A program made the position numbers and the translations under genes. From Gemmatimonadota bacterium (GTDB lineage: Bacteria > Latescibacterota > UBA2968 > UBA8231): DNA of 64,000 bases. Location: positions 33,996 to 97,995 of the forward strand of contig JAYOYH010000009.1 of NCBI GenBank assembly GCA_038153405.1, written 5' to 3'. This document shows positions 20,443 to 30,920 of this stretch, in pieces (the stretch's first letter is position 1; each line of letters opens with the position of its first letter). The notes below the pieces were generated by a model. That model was not told the origin of the DNA. It ran no database searches and saw only the letters and a program-made list of their open reading frames with translations.

Positions 20443-21651
20443 ATGCGTAGTGTAAAGCGAATAGGGTGTGCGATGGGATGTATTTGCTCGGCTAGTCGGC
20501 TGCGCGTTGCACTGGTTGTTGGGGCGTTGGCGCTATGGTCCTGTCAGAGCGAAGAGCCGGTTGAAGGAGAGAAAGACGGCGGCATCGCGGAGGGGGCAGC
20601 AACCGATAGCACGGCGGTCGACAGCGCTGCTACAGAGAAGGCCGTCGACGCCGTCCCCGTGGAGGTTGCTCGCGCGCGTATAGGATCCATCTCCTCTTAT
20701 CTGTTGTTCAATTCGACGATCGAGACCGAAGAGGCGGTGCAGGTATTTCCGCAGATCAGTGGGTTGGTAGAGCAGGTGGCTGCCGAAGAGGGTGATCGCG
20801 TCCAAGCTGGCGATACGCTGCTCTACATCGAGGACGACCAACTGGGTATTGCCTACCAGGAAGCAAAAGTCAATTTTGAATTTCAAGAGGTCAATTTTCG
20901 CCGCAACGAGGCGATGTTCGAGCGAAAATTGATCAGCGATCAGGACTACGAGACAAAGCGTTTTGAATTGGAACAAGCGCGCCTGCGCTACGATCGTGCG
21001 CGCCTCGATTTAGATCACTCCATTGTGGTTGCGCCCTTTTCCGGTGTGATAACGGAGCGCCACGTGCAGGTCGGTGCGCGCGTCAGTTCGGGCATGCAGC
21101 TTTTCGACCTGATAAAGCTGGACGATATGATCGCCCGCGTATTCGTACCCGGACAGTACCTGATGAGCGTGAAGCGAGATCAGGTCGCTACTATTGCCTC
21201 CGACTTTTTGCCCAATCAAGAGTTCAGTGGTTGGGTCAAGCGCATTAGTCCTATCGTCGACCCTAGGAGCGGCACCTTTAAAGTTACGGTGGGGGTGCGC
21301 GATCGTTTTGAGGCGCTGCGACCAGGCATCTTTGTCAGCGTGCGCATCGTCACCGACACGCACGAGGCGGCCGTCCTCGTGCCCAAGGAGGCCATTGTTT
21401 ACGACGGCGGCGAGCAATATCTATTTGCCGTGCGCGACACTGTGGCCCAGCGCATTCTACTGGAACCCGGCTACGAGAACCTCGACAGCGTGGAGGCGAT
21501 GTCCGGTATAGAAGCTGGCGAGCGCATTATCACCGTCGGTCAGAACGGGTTGAAGGATGGAGCGCGCGTGCGCATAATTGAAAACGAAGAAGCCGAGTCG
21601 CACATATCCACAGAAGCGCGATCCGACAGCGCAGACGGCCTTCGGGACTAG
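20443..21651 (+). CDS. RND efflux periplasmic adaptor (MFP), likely lipoprotein
   Basis: LWSC lipobox-like motif, EEGDRVQAGDTL, APFSGVI, ISPIVDPRSGT. Exact start uncertain. Confidence 0.92.
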   Translation: MRSVKRIGCAMGCICSASRLRVALVVGALALWSCQSEEPVEGEKDGGIAEGAATDSTAVDSAATEKAVDAVPVEVARARIGSISSYLLFNSTIETEEAVQVFPQISGLVEQVAAEEGDRVQAGDTLLYIEDDQLGIAYQEAKVNFEFQEVNFRRNEAMFERKLISDQDYETKRFELEQARLRYDRARLDLDHSIVVAPFSGVITERHVQVGARVSSGMQLFDLIKLDDMIARVFVPGQYLMSVKRDQVATIASDFLPNQEFSGWVKRISPIVDPRSGTFKVTVGVRDRFEALRPGIFVSVRIVTDTHEAAVLVPKEAIVYDGGEQYLFAVRDTVAQRILLEPGYENLDSVEAMSGIEAGERIITVGQNGLKDGARVRIIENEEAESHISTEARSDSADGLRD

Positions 21652-21660
21652 CTGCGCGCA

Positions 21661-24600
21661 ATGGGACTATCGGCCGATTCCAACCCAGCGCCCCAGTCGG
21701 GCTTTGCCATAACTACGCGTCGTCCCGTGGCCATTCTCATGGTGGTAATGGCCATTTGCGTTTTTGGTTGGGTCTCCTACCAGCGTCTTTCGCTCAATTT
21801 GATGCCGGATATCTCCTATCCTACGCTCACCGTGCGCACCGAATATCCGGGCACGGCACCGGAGGAAGTGGAGATGCTGCTCTCGCGCCCGCTAGAGCAG
21901 GAAGTGGGCATCGTGCCGCACCTGGTCAATATGAGCTCCATTTCCAAGGCCGGTCAGTCGGATATCATACTCGAGTTCGAGTGGGATACCGATATGAACG
22001 TCATCTCTCAGGAAGTGCGCGAGAAAGTCGACCGCGTGTTTTTACCCCAGGGCGCGGAAAAGCCCCTCCTGCTGCGCTACGATCCATCCCTCGACCCCAT
22101 ACTGCGCGTAGGTTTACATGGACCACAGGATCTCTTCGTGCTGCGTTATATAGCCGAGCACGAGATCAAGCGCGAGTTGGAGGCACTGACGGGCGTGGCC
22201 GCCGTCAAGGTCAAGGGCGGACTTGAGGAAGAGATACACGTCGAGCTCAACGAGCGCCAAATCGCCATTATGGGGTTGGACATTGCTCAAATCAATAGTC
22301 GACTGGCGCAGAACAACGTCAACCTGCCCGGCGGGAACCTGCGCGAAGGACAGGTCGAATACTTGGTGCGCACGCTCAACGAATTTCGCACCCTCGAAGA
22401 AATTGGCGAATTGGTAGTGGCCCGCGAGGCCGGCGCCGACGTCTATCTGCGCGACATTGCCCGCGTTTATCGCTCGCACAAGGACCGCGAAATTATTACG
22501 CGAGTCAACGGCGGCGAAAGCGTCGAAATCGAGATATACAAAGAAGCCGATGCCAATATTGTCGCTGTGGCCGAGCGCGTGCGCGCCGTGCTATACGGCT
22601 TGCCCTTACAGCAGGCCTACGTCGAGGAACTGAAAAAGGAAGGAGAGCAGCCCGGTGAAGCAGAAGGCGCATCGGGCATGGCGGAAAAGGAAGACAAAGA
22701 GCGCGGCGAAGAGAGTGAAGAGAGCGGCGAAGAGGGGGTTGAACGTCGCCGCATGGAGGCGGCACAAAAGGCGATGAATCACTTGACGATGACCGACTTC
22801 ATCAGCTATCGCCTACCGCAGGGTGCGCGCTTAGAGATTCTTTCAGACCAGTCGACATTTATCAAGAATTCGATCGACGAGGTGCAAAACAGCGCGCTGA
22901 TCGGCGGTGGGTTTGCCGTATTGATTCTCTTTGTGTTTTTGCGCAACGTCGTCCATACGCTGATTATCGGCCTGACCATTCCGGTGTCGATCATCGCGAC
23001 CTTTGCACCGATGTTCATCTTTGACGTGTCCATGAACATCATGTCGCTGGGCGGTCTGGCGCTGGGAGTGGGCATGTTAGTCGATAACTCGATCGTCGTG
23101 CTCGAGAGCATATTCCGCTGTCGAGAAGAGGGCGACGATATCGTGCGCGCCACCGTGCGCGGCACCACCGAAGTGGGTACGGCTGTCTTTGCGTCGACGC
23201 TGACGACGATCACGGTGTTTTTTCCCATCGTCTTTGTCGAAGGAGTCGCCGGACAGGTCTTTGGCGATATGGGCCTCACGGTTGTATTCTCGCTGCTGGC
23301 TTCGCTTGGCGTCGCGCTCTTTTTTATTCCGATGCTGGCTTCTCGCCAGGTACACAGCGACGGCGATGGCGCGTTGATGCAGCTCGTCCGCAGCGATTTT
23401 CTGCGCATGGAAGCTATGCAGCGCGCACGCGCTGCGCTGAATGATGGCGACCGACCGATGCCCGTTCGCCTGCTGCGCGGAGCGCTGTCGCTGCCCTACC
23501 TCGTCTTTGAAACGCTGCTGCGCGTCGGGCTGGCTGCCGCCGCATTGGTAGCGGCCGTGCTGAAAGCGGTCGCTCTGCTGCTGTTTTACTTGCTCTATCC
23601 GCTGGTCTACCTGACCGAACTGTTGGTCAAGCTACCTCGGCCCATCGAGCAGATAGTGCGCACCTGGTCCGCATCGAGTCGCGTCGGCCGCTTAGACTTC
23701 TTTGAGCGTCTGTGGCCGGGTATACTCGCCTACGGCGGTCCTCAGCACCTGTGTGGAAGTATGGCGCTCTACGCCCAGTGGGTGCAGCAGTCGCTCGGTA
23801 ATGTATCAAAGGTACTCAAGTGCATTCTTGCCCCTCTAGTGCTGGTCTATCTAGTCGTGCGTTTTGTTCTGGCCATGGTCCTGCGCCTGTTGGGCATTGT
23901 ATTGCATGTGGCCATTATGCTTGTCGGCCTGCTGCTCGTCGTCCTGCTCTTTCTGTTGGGCCTGCTGCTCATGCCGTTATTTGCGCCCGTGCTCTTTACT
24001 TTTGAAAAAGGCTTTGGCCTAGTGCAGGTCGCCTATCCCAGAATGCTGAGCGTGGCGTTGCGCAACAGCGTGGGAGTCGTCGCCATTGCGGTCGCGGCGC
24101 TGGTCTTTTGCTGGCAGTACCTGCTACCTCAGTTGGGTCAGGAGCTCATACCGCAGGTGCACCAGGGCGAGTTCAACCTAGACGTCGCCCTGCCCGTTGG
24201 CACGCCGTTGGAAAGGACGGCATCTGTCGTCGGTCGCATGGAGGTGGTTGCCTCGCGCCAGCCCGAAGTCGAGCGCATGTCTTCTACTATTGGCACCGAC
24301 CAGTCGGCTAATAGCGCTTCCGACGAGGGCGAGAATACGGCCAAGATAACGCTTAAGCTAGTGGATGGATCGACAGCCACTCAGGAAGACGCCCTCATTG
24401 CTCGCCTGCGCGATCTACTTTCCGATATTCCAGAAGTCGAATTGGAGATATCGCATCCATCGCTATTTAGTTTCAAAACCCCTATCGAAGTTGAGGTGCG
24501 CGGAAACGACCTGCGCGAGCTGCGCCGACTCAGCAAAGACGTCGAGGCGCGTCTGGCCCAAATCGAGGGATTGGTCGACGTGCGCTCTTCGCTGCAGGTG

Positions 24601-25536
24601 GGCAATCCGGAGTTGCAGATCAGCTACAGGCGCGACCGCTTGGCCAACTACGGACTGCGCCTGCGCGACGTGGCCGAATTGGTGCGCAACAAAGTGCAGG
24701 GGCGCGTGGTGACCGATTTTCGCGAAGAAGAGCGGCAGATCGACGTGCTAGTGCGCCTGCGCGAGGAAGACCGACTCGGCTTGGCTGAGCTCGAACGCAT
24801 CGTAGTAAACCCAGGTGCCGCTGTGCCCATTCCTCTGTCGGCTGTCGCCGATATACGCATTGACGAGGGACCGAGCGAAATTCGCCGCATCGATCAGCAG
24901 CGCGCCGCACTGGTTACAGCCAATATTCAGAACACCGATTTGGGCACGGCTTCCGGGCGCATCTATACGGCACTGCGCCAAATGCGTTTTCCAACGGGGT
25001 TTGACTTCCTGATTAGCGGTCAGAACGAGGAAATGGAAACCTCGCTCAACAGCCTCTACTTTGCGCTGGCGCTGGCTATTTTTCTCGTCTATATCGTCAT
25101 GGCCTCGCAGTTTGAATCGCTGGTGCACCCGTTCGTGATCATGTTCACCGTGCCGCTGGCCCTCATCGGCGTGCTGACGGTGCTCTACCTCGTGCAGGTG
25201 CCGCTGAGCATCGTGGTATTTATCGGCCTTATCATGCTGGCCGGTATTGTCGTTAACAACGCTATTGTTCTGGTCGACTACATCAATACGCTGCGCCGTT
25301 CCGGTATGGAAAAAGTGGAGGCAATCGTGCGCGCCGGCAGCGTGCGCCTGCGTCCCATTCTAATGACGACCTCGACGACGGTGCTCGGCCTGTTGCCCAT
25401 GGCGTTGGGGCTGGGCGAGGGAGCCGAGATCCGCACGCCGATGGCCCTGACGGTAATCGCCGGCCTGACCAGTTCCACCGTGCTTACGCTGATCGTCATT
25501 CCCACCGTCTACGCGCTGGTCGATCGCGGGGAATAG
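21661..25536 (+). CDS. RND efflux permease with large insertions (1291 aa)
   Basis: GMLVDNSIVVLE, GIVVNNAIVLVD, RLRPILMT. Confidence 0.93.
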   Translation: MGLSADSNPAPQSGFAITTRRPVAILMVVMAICVFGWVSYQRLSLNLMPDISYPTLTVRTEYPGTAPEEVEMLLSRPLEQEVGIVPHLVNMSSISKAGQSDIILEFEWDTDMNVISQEVREKVDRVFLPQGAEKPLLLRYDPSLDPILRVGLHGPQDLFVLRYIAEHEIKRELEALTGVAAVKVKGGLEEEIHVELNERQIAIMGLDIAQINSRLAQNNVNLPGGNLREGQVEYLVRTLNEFRTLEEIGELVVAREAGADVYLRDIARVYRSHKDREIITRVNGGESVEIEIYKEADANIVAVAERVRAVLYGLPLQQAYVEELKKEGEQPGEAEGASGMAEKEDKERGEESEESGEEGVERRRMEAAQKAMNHLTMTDFISYRLPQGARLEILSDQSTFIKNSIDEVQNSALIGGGFAVLILFVFLRNVVHTLIIGLTIPVSIIATFAPMFIFDVSMNIMSLGGLALGVGMLVDNSIVVLESIFRCREEGDDIVRATVRGTTEVGTAVFASTLTTITVFFPIVFVEGVAGQVFGDMGLTVVFSLLASLGVALFFIPMLASRQVHSDGDGALMQLVRSDFLRMEAMQRARAALNDGDRPMPVRLLRGALSLPYLVFETLLRVGLAAAALVAAVLKAVALLLFYLLYPLVYLTELLVKLPRPIEQIVRTWSASSRVGRLDFFERLWPGILAYGGPQHLCGSMALYAQWVQQSLGNVSKVLKCILAPLVLVYLVVRFVLAMVLRLLGIVLHVAIMLVGLLLVVLLFLLGLLLMPLFAPVLFTFEKGFGLVQVAYPRMLSVALRNSVGVVAIAVAALVFCWQYLLPQLGQELIPQVHQGEFNLDVALPVGTPLERTASVVGRMEVVASRQPEVERMSSTIGTDQSANSASDEGENTAKITLKLVDGSTATQEDALIARLRDLLSDIPEVELEISHPSLFSFKTPIEVEVRGNDLRELRRLSKDVEARLAQIEGLVDVRSSLQVGNPELQISYRRDRLANYGLRLRDVAELVRNKVQGRVVTDFREEERQIDVLVRLREEDRLGLAELERIVVNPGAAVPIPLSAVADIRIDEGPSEIRRIDQQRAALVTANIQNTDLGTASGRIYTALRQMRFPTGFDFLISGQNEEMETSLNSLYFALALAIFLVYIVMASQFESLVHPFVIMFTVPLALIGVLTVLYLVQVPLSIVVFIGLIMLAGIVVNNAIVLVDYINTLRRSGMEKVEAIVRAGSVRLRPILMTTSTTVLGLLPMALGLGEGAEIRTPMALTVIAGLTSSTVLTLIVIPTVYALVDRGE

Positions 25537-25546
25537 GAGAAAGGCA

Positions 25547-28500
25547 ATGGACAACGAGCGCCAATACCCGCTGCCGCGCTTTTCGGTCAACCGCCCGGTT
25601 ACCGTCGCCATGATCTTGGTGGCGCTGCTGGTCGTCGGTGCCATCGCCTACACGCGCATTCCTCTGACCCTCTTTCCCGAAGGCATGGAGTATCCGCGCC
25701 TTTTTGCTTGGGCACCCTATCCCAACGCCGGCGCGATCGAAGTCGAAAAAAAAGTCGTGCGCCTGATGGAAGAAGCCGTGGCGCAGGTCAGCAGCGTCAA
25801 GCGCATCCAGTCCGGAGCCAACAGGGGCAATGGCTACGTCAATGTCGAGTTTCAGAAGGGTACGGATCTGCAGGTGGCCTTTGCCGAGATGAAAGATCGC
25901 CTCGATCGCATCATGCCGGAACTGCCCGACGAAATCGAGCAGATGTGGGTGCGGCGCTGGGACCAGAGCGACATACCTATTCTCGCCGGCGCCATCGCCT
26001 TTCCGCCCGGAACGGTCGACCCGCGCTTTTTGCTCGACACCTATATAGAGCCCGCCTTTCGCCGCATCGACGGCGTCGGCAATGTCGAACTATGGGGCAC
26101 GCCGGGCAAGCAAGTGCTCGTCGAGGTCGACCAGAACAAGCTGCGCAGCCACGGGGTCAATATGTTTCAAACGGTCAACGATCTGCGCAGTCAGAATCTA
26201 ACGGTGCCCGGCGGCTGGATTATTGAAGGTGGCAAGAAAATCTACCTGCGCTCGATGGGGCGTTATAGCACGATTGACGAGCTGCGCGAAACGGTCATTG
26301 ATCCACAGCACCAGCTCAGCTTGGGCGATATCGCTTCGGTGTCGTACAAGCCGCCGCGCAAGGACTGGGCGAACCGAATCAACGGTCAGGAGTCGATGGG
26401 GTTTGAGATCGTTCGCGCCGCCGAGGCCAATATCGTGCACATTTCGCGCGAGGTCGAAGCCACGCTGAAAAAACTAGAGCAGCATCCCCAGCTGCAGGGT
26501 ATAGAGTACGTGATCTTTTGGGACCAAGGCGATCACGTAACATCGTCGGTCTACAACCTGCAAAACTCGGGGTTGTGGGGTGGGCTGTTTGCCGCGCTCG
26601 TACTCTTTTTTTTCCTGCGCGCCGTGCGCATGACGTTGATCATCACGCTGGCGATTCCGCTGTGTATTCTCGTTACGATCACGGTTCTCTACTTTGCCGG
26701 CTGGTCGCTCAATATGGCGACGATGATGGGGCTTATGCTGAGTCTGGGCCTAGTCGTCGACAATGCCATCGTCATTGTCGAAAATATTTTCCGCATGCGC
26801 CAGAACGGCGTCGATCCGCGCCGAGCGTCGATTGAAGGAGCCGGTGAAGTGGGACTGGCCGTCACCATGGCCACGCTGACGACGGTGGTGGTTTTCCTGC
26901 CGCTCATTCTGATGGGTTCCGACGACAATATGGCTTTTTGGATGCTGCGGATTGGCATACCCGTTATCGTCGGTCTCGTCGCATCGCTGCTCATTGCTCT
27001 ACTCATTATACCCCTGGCGGCGCTGAAAATGGGCGCGGCCAAGGAGCGCGGGGATCTGGCCGCCATAGTGTGGATGCGCCGTCGCTACGAAGGCGCGCTG
27101 CGCTGGGTTCTAACCCATCGCCTCGACGCGTTTATTCTGGTCGCTCTAGCCGTCGCTAGCATGAAAATCCCCATGGACGGCCTGAAGAAAACCGACCAAA
27201 ACGATCGCGACGAGACGCGTATGGACCTGGCGTTTGATATGCCGTCGGGACAGGGCTTGGAGCAGGCCGAAGCCTTTATGATTGCCGTTGAGGATACGCT
27301 GGTCGCGCACGCGGAGCAATACAACATTGAGAATGTGCGCACTTATGTGCGCGCAGGCCAAGGTCGCATATCGATGTTTCTCAAGGAAGAGAAAGATCTC
27401 GATTGGTATTCGGTGGCTTGGGATGACTTGCTGAAGAGCGTTGGCCTGCGCGAGCAAACCCATCTCAACTACAAAGAGATGGAAGAGGATATTCGCAAGC
27501 GCTTAGTGGTGCCCGCTGGCACATCGCTGCGCATCAATTGGGAGAACGCGCAGCAGGATGCCGCTGTCAACGTCACGCTCTACGGAGAGGATACGCACGT
27601 GCTGATGGGGCTGGCCCTAGAGGTGGAGCGGCGCTTGGAAAATATCCCCGGCCTGCTGTCGGTCGACACCGATATGGACCGCGGCGGCACCGAACTCCAG
27701 CTGCGTCTTGACCGCGGTCAGCTACAGCGATTGGGCGTTAGTGCCCAAGTGGTATCGGGCAATATAGCCTATGCACTGCGCGGGCATAATATCAATAAGT
27801 TCCACACCGAAGACGGGCGCGAGGTGGATATACAGGTGCAGTTAGAGGAGTTTGATCGCAAGAATATGCAGGACCTGCGCGCCATTACCTTTCCCACCGA
27901 GGACGGACGCGAGGTGCCGCTCGAGTCGCTGGCCGATATCTACGTAGAGCGCACGCTGGGCGGCATCCGCCGCGACGATCGCCAGACGGTGCTCAACGTC
28001 GTCGCCCGCGCCAACAAAGACGACGCTCAGGCGCTCTTTGGCCAAGTCGACTTGGCGATGCGGGGTTTTGAAATGCCGCGCGGCTATCGCTGGGATAAAG
28101 GCGACCGCTACGTGCGGCTCGAGGAACAGGATAGTTCTATGAAGTTTGCCGTCATCATGTCGGTGACGTTTGTATTTTTGCTCATGGGCGTTCTCTTTGA
28201 GTCGTTCGTGCTGCCCCTTTCTGTCATCATATCGATTCCCTTTTCGTTTCTCGGCGTCTATTGGACGCTCTATCTGACGAATACGCCGCAGGACATTATG
28301 TCGGTTATCGGCATGGTCATCCTCATCGGCGTCGTCGTCAACAACGCCATTGTGCTGATCGACTTGGCCAACCGACTGCGCGACGGGGGCATGGAGCGCA
28401 CGGAGGCGCTAATGGAGGCGGGCATGCACCGCTTTCGACCCATTTTAATGACGACGTTTACCACGGCGTTTGGTCTGATTCCGATGGCCGTAGGCAATTC

Positions 28501-28696
28501 CAAGCTGGTTGGGCTGGCCTACGCGCCGCTGGGGCGCACGATGATGGGTGGTCTGCTCGCGTCGATGGTGTTGACGCTCGTACTCGTGCCACTGTTTTAC
28601 ACGTTCTTCGACGATTTTCGCACACTGGTGCAAAACGTCATGGCATCGGCCTTTGTGCGCCGAGAGAAAAAAGAAGCGGCGGAAACGGCCGGGTAG
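25547..28696 (+). CDS. RND efflux permease (second subunit)
   Basis: GLVVDNAIVIVE, GVVVNNAIVLID, RFRPILMT. Confidence 0.93.
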   Translation: MDNERQYPLPRFSVNRPVTVAMILVALLVVGAIAYTRIPLTLFPEGMEYPRLFAWAPYPNAGAIEVEKKVVRLMEEAVAQVSSVKRIQSGANRGNGYVNVEFQKGTDLQVAFAEMKDRLDRIMPELPDEIEQMWVRRWDQSDIPILAGAIAFPPGTVDPRFLLDTYIEPAFRRIDGVGNVELWGTPGKQVLVEVDQNKLRSHGVNMFQTVNDLRSQNLTVPGGWIIEGGKKIYLRSMGRYSTIDELRETVIDPQHQLSLGDIASVSYKPPRKDWANRINGQESMGFEIVRAAEANIVHISREVEATLKKLEQHPQLQGIEYVIFWDQGDHVTSSVYNLQNSGLWGGLFAALVLFFFLRAVRMTLIITLAIPLCILVTITVLYFAGWSLNMATMMGLMLSLGLVVDNAIVIVENIFRMRQNGVDPRRASIEGAGEVGLAVTMATLTTVVVFLPLILMGSDDNMAFWMLRIGIPVIVGLVASLLIALLIIPLAALKMGAAKERGDLAAIVWMRRRYEGALRWVLTHRLDAFILVALAVASMKIPMDGLKKTDQNDRDETRMDLAFDMPSGQGLEQAEAFMIAVEDTLVAHAEQYNIENVRTYVRAGQGRISMFLKEEKDLDWYSVAWDDLLKSVGLREQTHLNYKEMEEDIRKRLVVPAGTSLRINWENAQQDAAVNVTLYGEDTHVLMGLALEVERRLENIPGLLSVDTDMDRGGTELQLRLDRGQLQRLGVSAQVVSGNIAYALRGHNINKFHTEDGREVDIQVQLEEFDRKNMQDLRAITFPTEDGREVPLESLADIYVERTLGGIRRDDRQTVLNVVARANKDDAQALFGQVDLAMRGFEMPRGYRWDKGDRYVRLEEQDSSMKFAVIMSVTFVFLLMGVLFESFVLPLSVIISIPFSFLGVYWTLYLTNTPQDIMSVIGMVILIGVVVNNAIVLIDLANRLRDGGMERTEALMEAGMHRFRPILMTTFTTAFGLIPMAVGNSKLVGLAYAPLGRTMMGGLLASMVLTLVLVPLFYTFFDDFRTLVQNVMASAFVRREKKEAAETAG

Positions 28697-28700
28697 GCTA

Positions 28701-30233
28701 CTAGTGCAAGAGGTAGAGGTCGTAATAGACGGCTGTGCAGCCAACAGCTTCGCGTTTGGCGCTGCCGATGAATCGACTCGAGCGATCGTGCAGTGAGCGC
28801 GGAACGGGGGTGTCCTGCCGCGCCACAAAGAGGATCGCCGCGCTCGGTGCCAGACGGTTTCTCGCGTCGGTTAGATCGCGGAAGCGCGGGTCGTCCACCG
28901 TGTAGTAGGTGCGCGGTGTATTGGCGTAGTAGGCCAGGCCGAAGGGAATGCTGTACTGATTGCTCACTAGCGGCGTCTGCACGGCGATGTTGCGCTGTGC
29001 CAGCAGCGCGTCCACGCTGTGGCTAAAGGCACTCCAGCCGCCGTATTCACAAACTCTTTCGCTCCACGAATAGGAGGGCTCGCGCGCGCGGTCTACACGC
29101 GAAACGAGGCCGACGTAGCTCTGGTCGATTCGACTGCGCTCGACCCATGCGCCGACCGTTCCCGGATATTTGAGTGCCCACCCGATCCCCACGGCTTGCA
29201 GCAGGCCGCTGAGGATCAACGCCGGATAGAGCCCGCGTCGCGCAGGCAGGTTAAAGGCTAGCGGCCACAGGCTGAGAAAACCGACGAGAATCCAATTGCC
29301 CTTTATTTGACCCCTGTGAAAGGCGAAGAACAAGAAGGCGCCGAGCGTGCACAGGGCCGGTAGAAGGGCTAGCGCCACATCGGGACTCCACGCGCGCCGG
29401 ACGCTGCCCAGTGCTTTCCACAGCGCGCTGTAGAGCAGGTAGAGCAGCAGGGGCGAGGCAAAGAGGAGTGGGTTTATGGCAAAGAATAGCAGTCGGGCAA
29501 GTGGGCTGTCGAGCGCCTCTATTTTCGACAACGTGCTGAGGGTGTGCGGCAGGTAAAACGCCGTGCTGAGCTGGGCGTAGACAAGTGGGGAGGACACGCA
29601 CAGGGCCGCAATGGCAAATGCAGCTATTGCCATAGGGTGCTGTTTAGCAGGGCGAGAAAAGAGCAGAAACAGGCCCAGGCCTGCGGTTAGAAAGGCGCCA
29701 GAGTACTTGCACAGCACGGCCAGCCCGCAGGCTGCGCCCATACACAAATAATCGGTCAGGCGATGCGTATTGCAGGCGCGCCGCGCGGCGCGCAGCGCCA
29801 GTAGCCAGCAGGCGGTTAGGAAGGCGTCGGGATGCAGGTATGAACTCGTATGCCAGGCCCAGTGACTGCAGGCAAAAGCCGCCGCCGCCCAGCGCGCGCG
29901 CGCGGTTGGTAGTCCGCAGTCTAAACACAGGCGATAGAGCGAATATACCGACAGCGAGCCGAGGAGCAGAGACGGCATGCGCAAGAAGTGTTCGCCGTGC
30001 GGAGCCAGCGCTTCGGCCAAGGCAATGAGCGAAAAAGGAACGAGGGCATAGCTGGCATCGAGATGCTGGCTCCAATACCAGTAGAGGGCCTCGTCTTTGC
30101 CCAACTCGACGCCGTAGGTTAGCCAGCCTTTTGCTAAGGTATACGCGGCCAGTGCCAGTGCCCAAGTCGCATTGACTAGGTATGGGCTCCCCTTTATATT
30201 CTGGTCTCTGTTGGATGCGGTATTAGATATCAT
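28701..30233 (-). CDS. ArnT/GT39(PMT)-like membrane glycosyltransferase
   Basis: DEALYWYWSQHLDASY, LRMPS, GLAVLCKYS, multiple TM helices. Start uncertain (at or downstream of ATG 30233). Confidence 0.75.
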   Translation of the reverse strand: MISNTASNRDQNIKGSPYLVNATWALALAAYTLAKGWLTYGVELGKDEALYWYWSQHLDASYALVPFSLIALAEALAPHGEHFLRMPSLLLGSLSVYSLYRLCLDCGLPTARARWAAAAFACSHWAWHTSSYLHPDAFLTACWLLALRAARRACNTHRLTDYLCMGAACGLAVLCKYSGAFLTAGLGLFLLFSRPAKQHPMAIAAFAIAALCVSSPLVYAQLSTAFYLPHTLSTLSKIEALDSPLARLLFFAINPLLFASPLLLYLLYSALWKALGSVRRAWSPDVALALLPALCTLGAFLFFAFHRGQIKGNWILVGFLSLWPLAFNLPARRGLYPALILSGLLQAVGIGWALKYPGTVGAWVERSRIDQSYVGLVSRVDRAREPSYSWSERVCEYGGWSAFSHSVDALLAQRNIAVQTPLVSNQYSIPFGLAYYANTPRTYYTVDDPRFRDLTDARNRLAPSAAILFVARQDTPVPRSLHDRSSRFIGSAKREAVGCTAVYYDLYLLH

Positions 30234-30248
30234 TTTGGAGATTGTTAA

Positions 30249-30857
30249 ATGGCCGAAGAGAACGAAGATCTGCTCAAGAACCTCCAGGAAAAAAACTTGG
30301 AATTGAGCCTGTATAAAGCGCGCAAAATCTTTCTGTGGTCCGACGTCAACGACGAGTCGGCACGGGGTATCGTCACGCGTTTGCTGTCGCTCGATACAGA
30401 AGATCCGGAAAAGGAAATCGTGCTCTATATCAACAGCCCCGGCGGCTCCGTGCACGATGGCATGGCCATCTACGATGCCATGCGCGCCATCAAGGCACCG
30501 GTCTCTACCGTGTGCATCGGCATGGCGATGAGCATGGGCTCGTTTCTCCTTTCGGCCGGCGAACCCGGCCGCCGCTTTGCCTGGCCGCATGCGCGCATCA
30601 TGATCCATCAGCCGCTGATTATGGGCACGGTGACGGGCACGGCAACTGACTTAGATATTCGCGCGCGAGAGACCATTCGCCTGCGCGAAGAGTTGAACCA
30701 GATCTACGCCGAGCACACGGGTCAGGACGTGGAGAAAATTGCCAAAGACACTGACCGCGACTTCTTTATGTCGGCGGCGGAGGCCAAGGACTACGGGATC
30801 ATAGACGATGTGATTACCACCACCGCGCCGATGCCCAACGGCCAGGTAAAGAGCTAA
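30249..30857 (+). CDS. clpP: ATP-dependent Clp protease proteolytic subunit
   Basis: YINSPGG, AMSMG (Ser), MIHQP (His), DRDFFMSA (Asp). Confidence 0.96.
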   Translation: MAEENEDLLKNLQEKNLELSLYKARKIFLWSDVNDESARGIVTRLLSLDTEDPEKEIVLYINSPGGSVHDGMAIYDAMRAIKAPVSTVCIGMAMSMGSFLLSAGEPGRRFAWPHARIMIHQPLIMGTVTGTATDLDIRARETIRLREELNQIYAEHTGQDVEKIAKDTDRDFFMSAAEAKDYGIIDDVITTTAPMPNGQVKS

Positions 30858-30880
30858 AATCCGCCCCCTTTGCTGCGGCG

Positions 30881-30920
30881 AAAAAGGGCCGATTCCCCGT
30901 GCGGGGAGTCGGCCCTTTTT
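30881..30920. terminator. Bidirectional terminator between clpP and mutM
   Basis: A5-GGGCCGATTCCCC-gtgc-GGGGAGTCGGCCC-T5. Confidence 0.9.

Noticed and set aside
30234..30608. N-terminal 125 codons of the 635-aa minus-strand ORF
   Set aside because: Antisense shadow of clpP; the glycosyltransferase similarity starts only near 30170.
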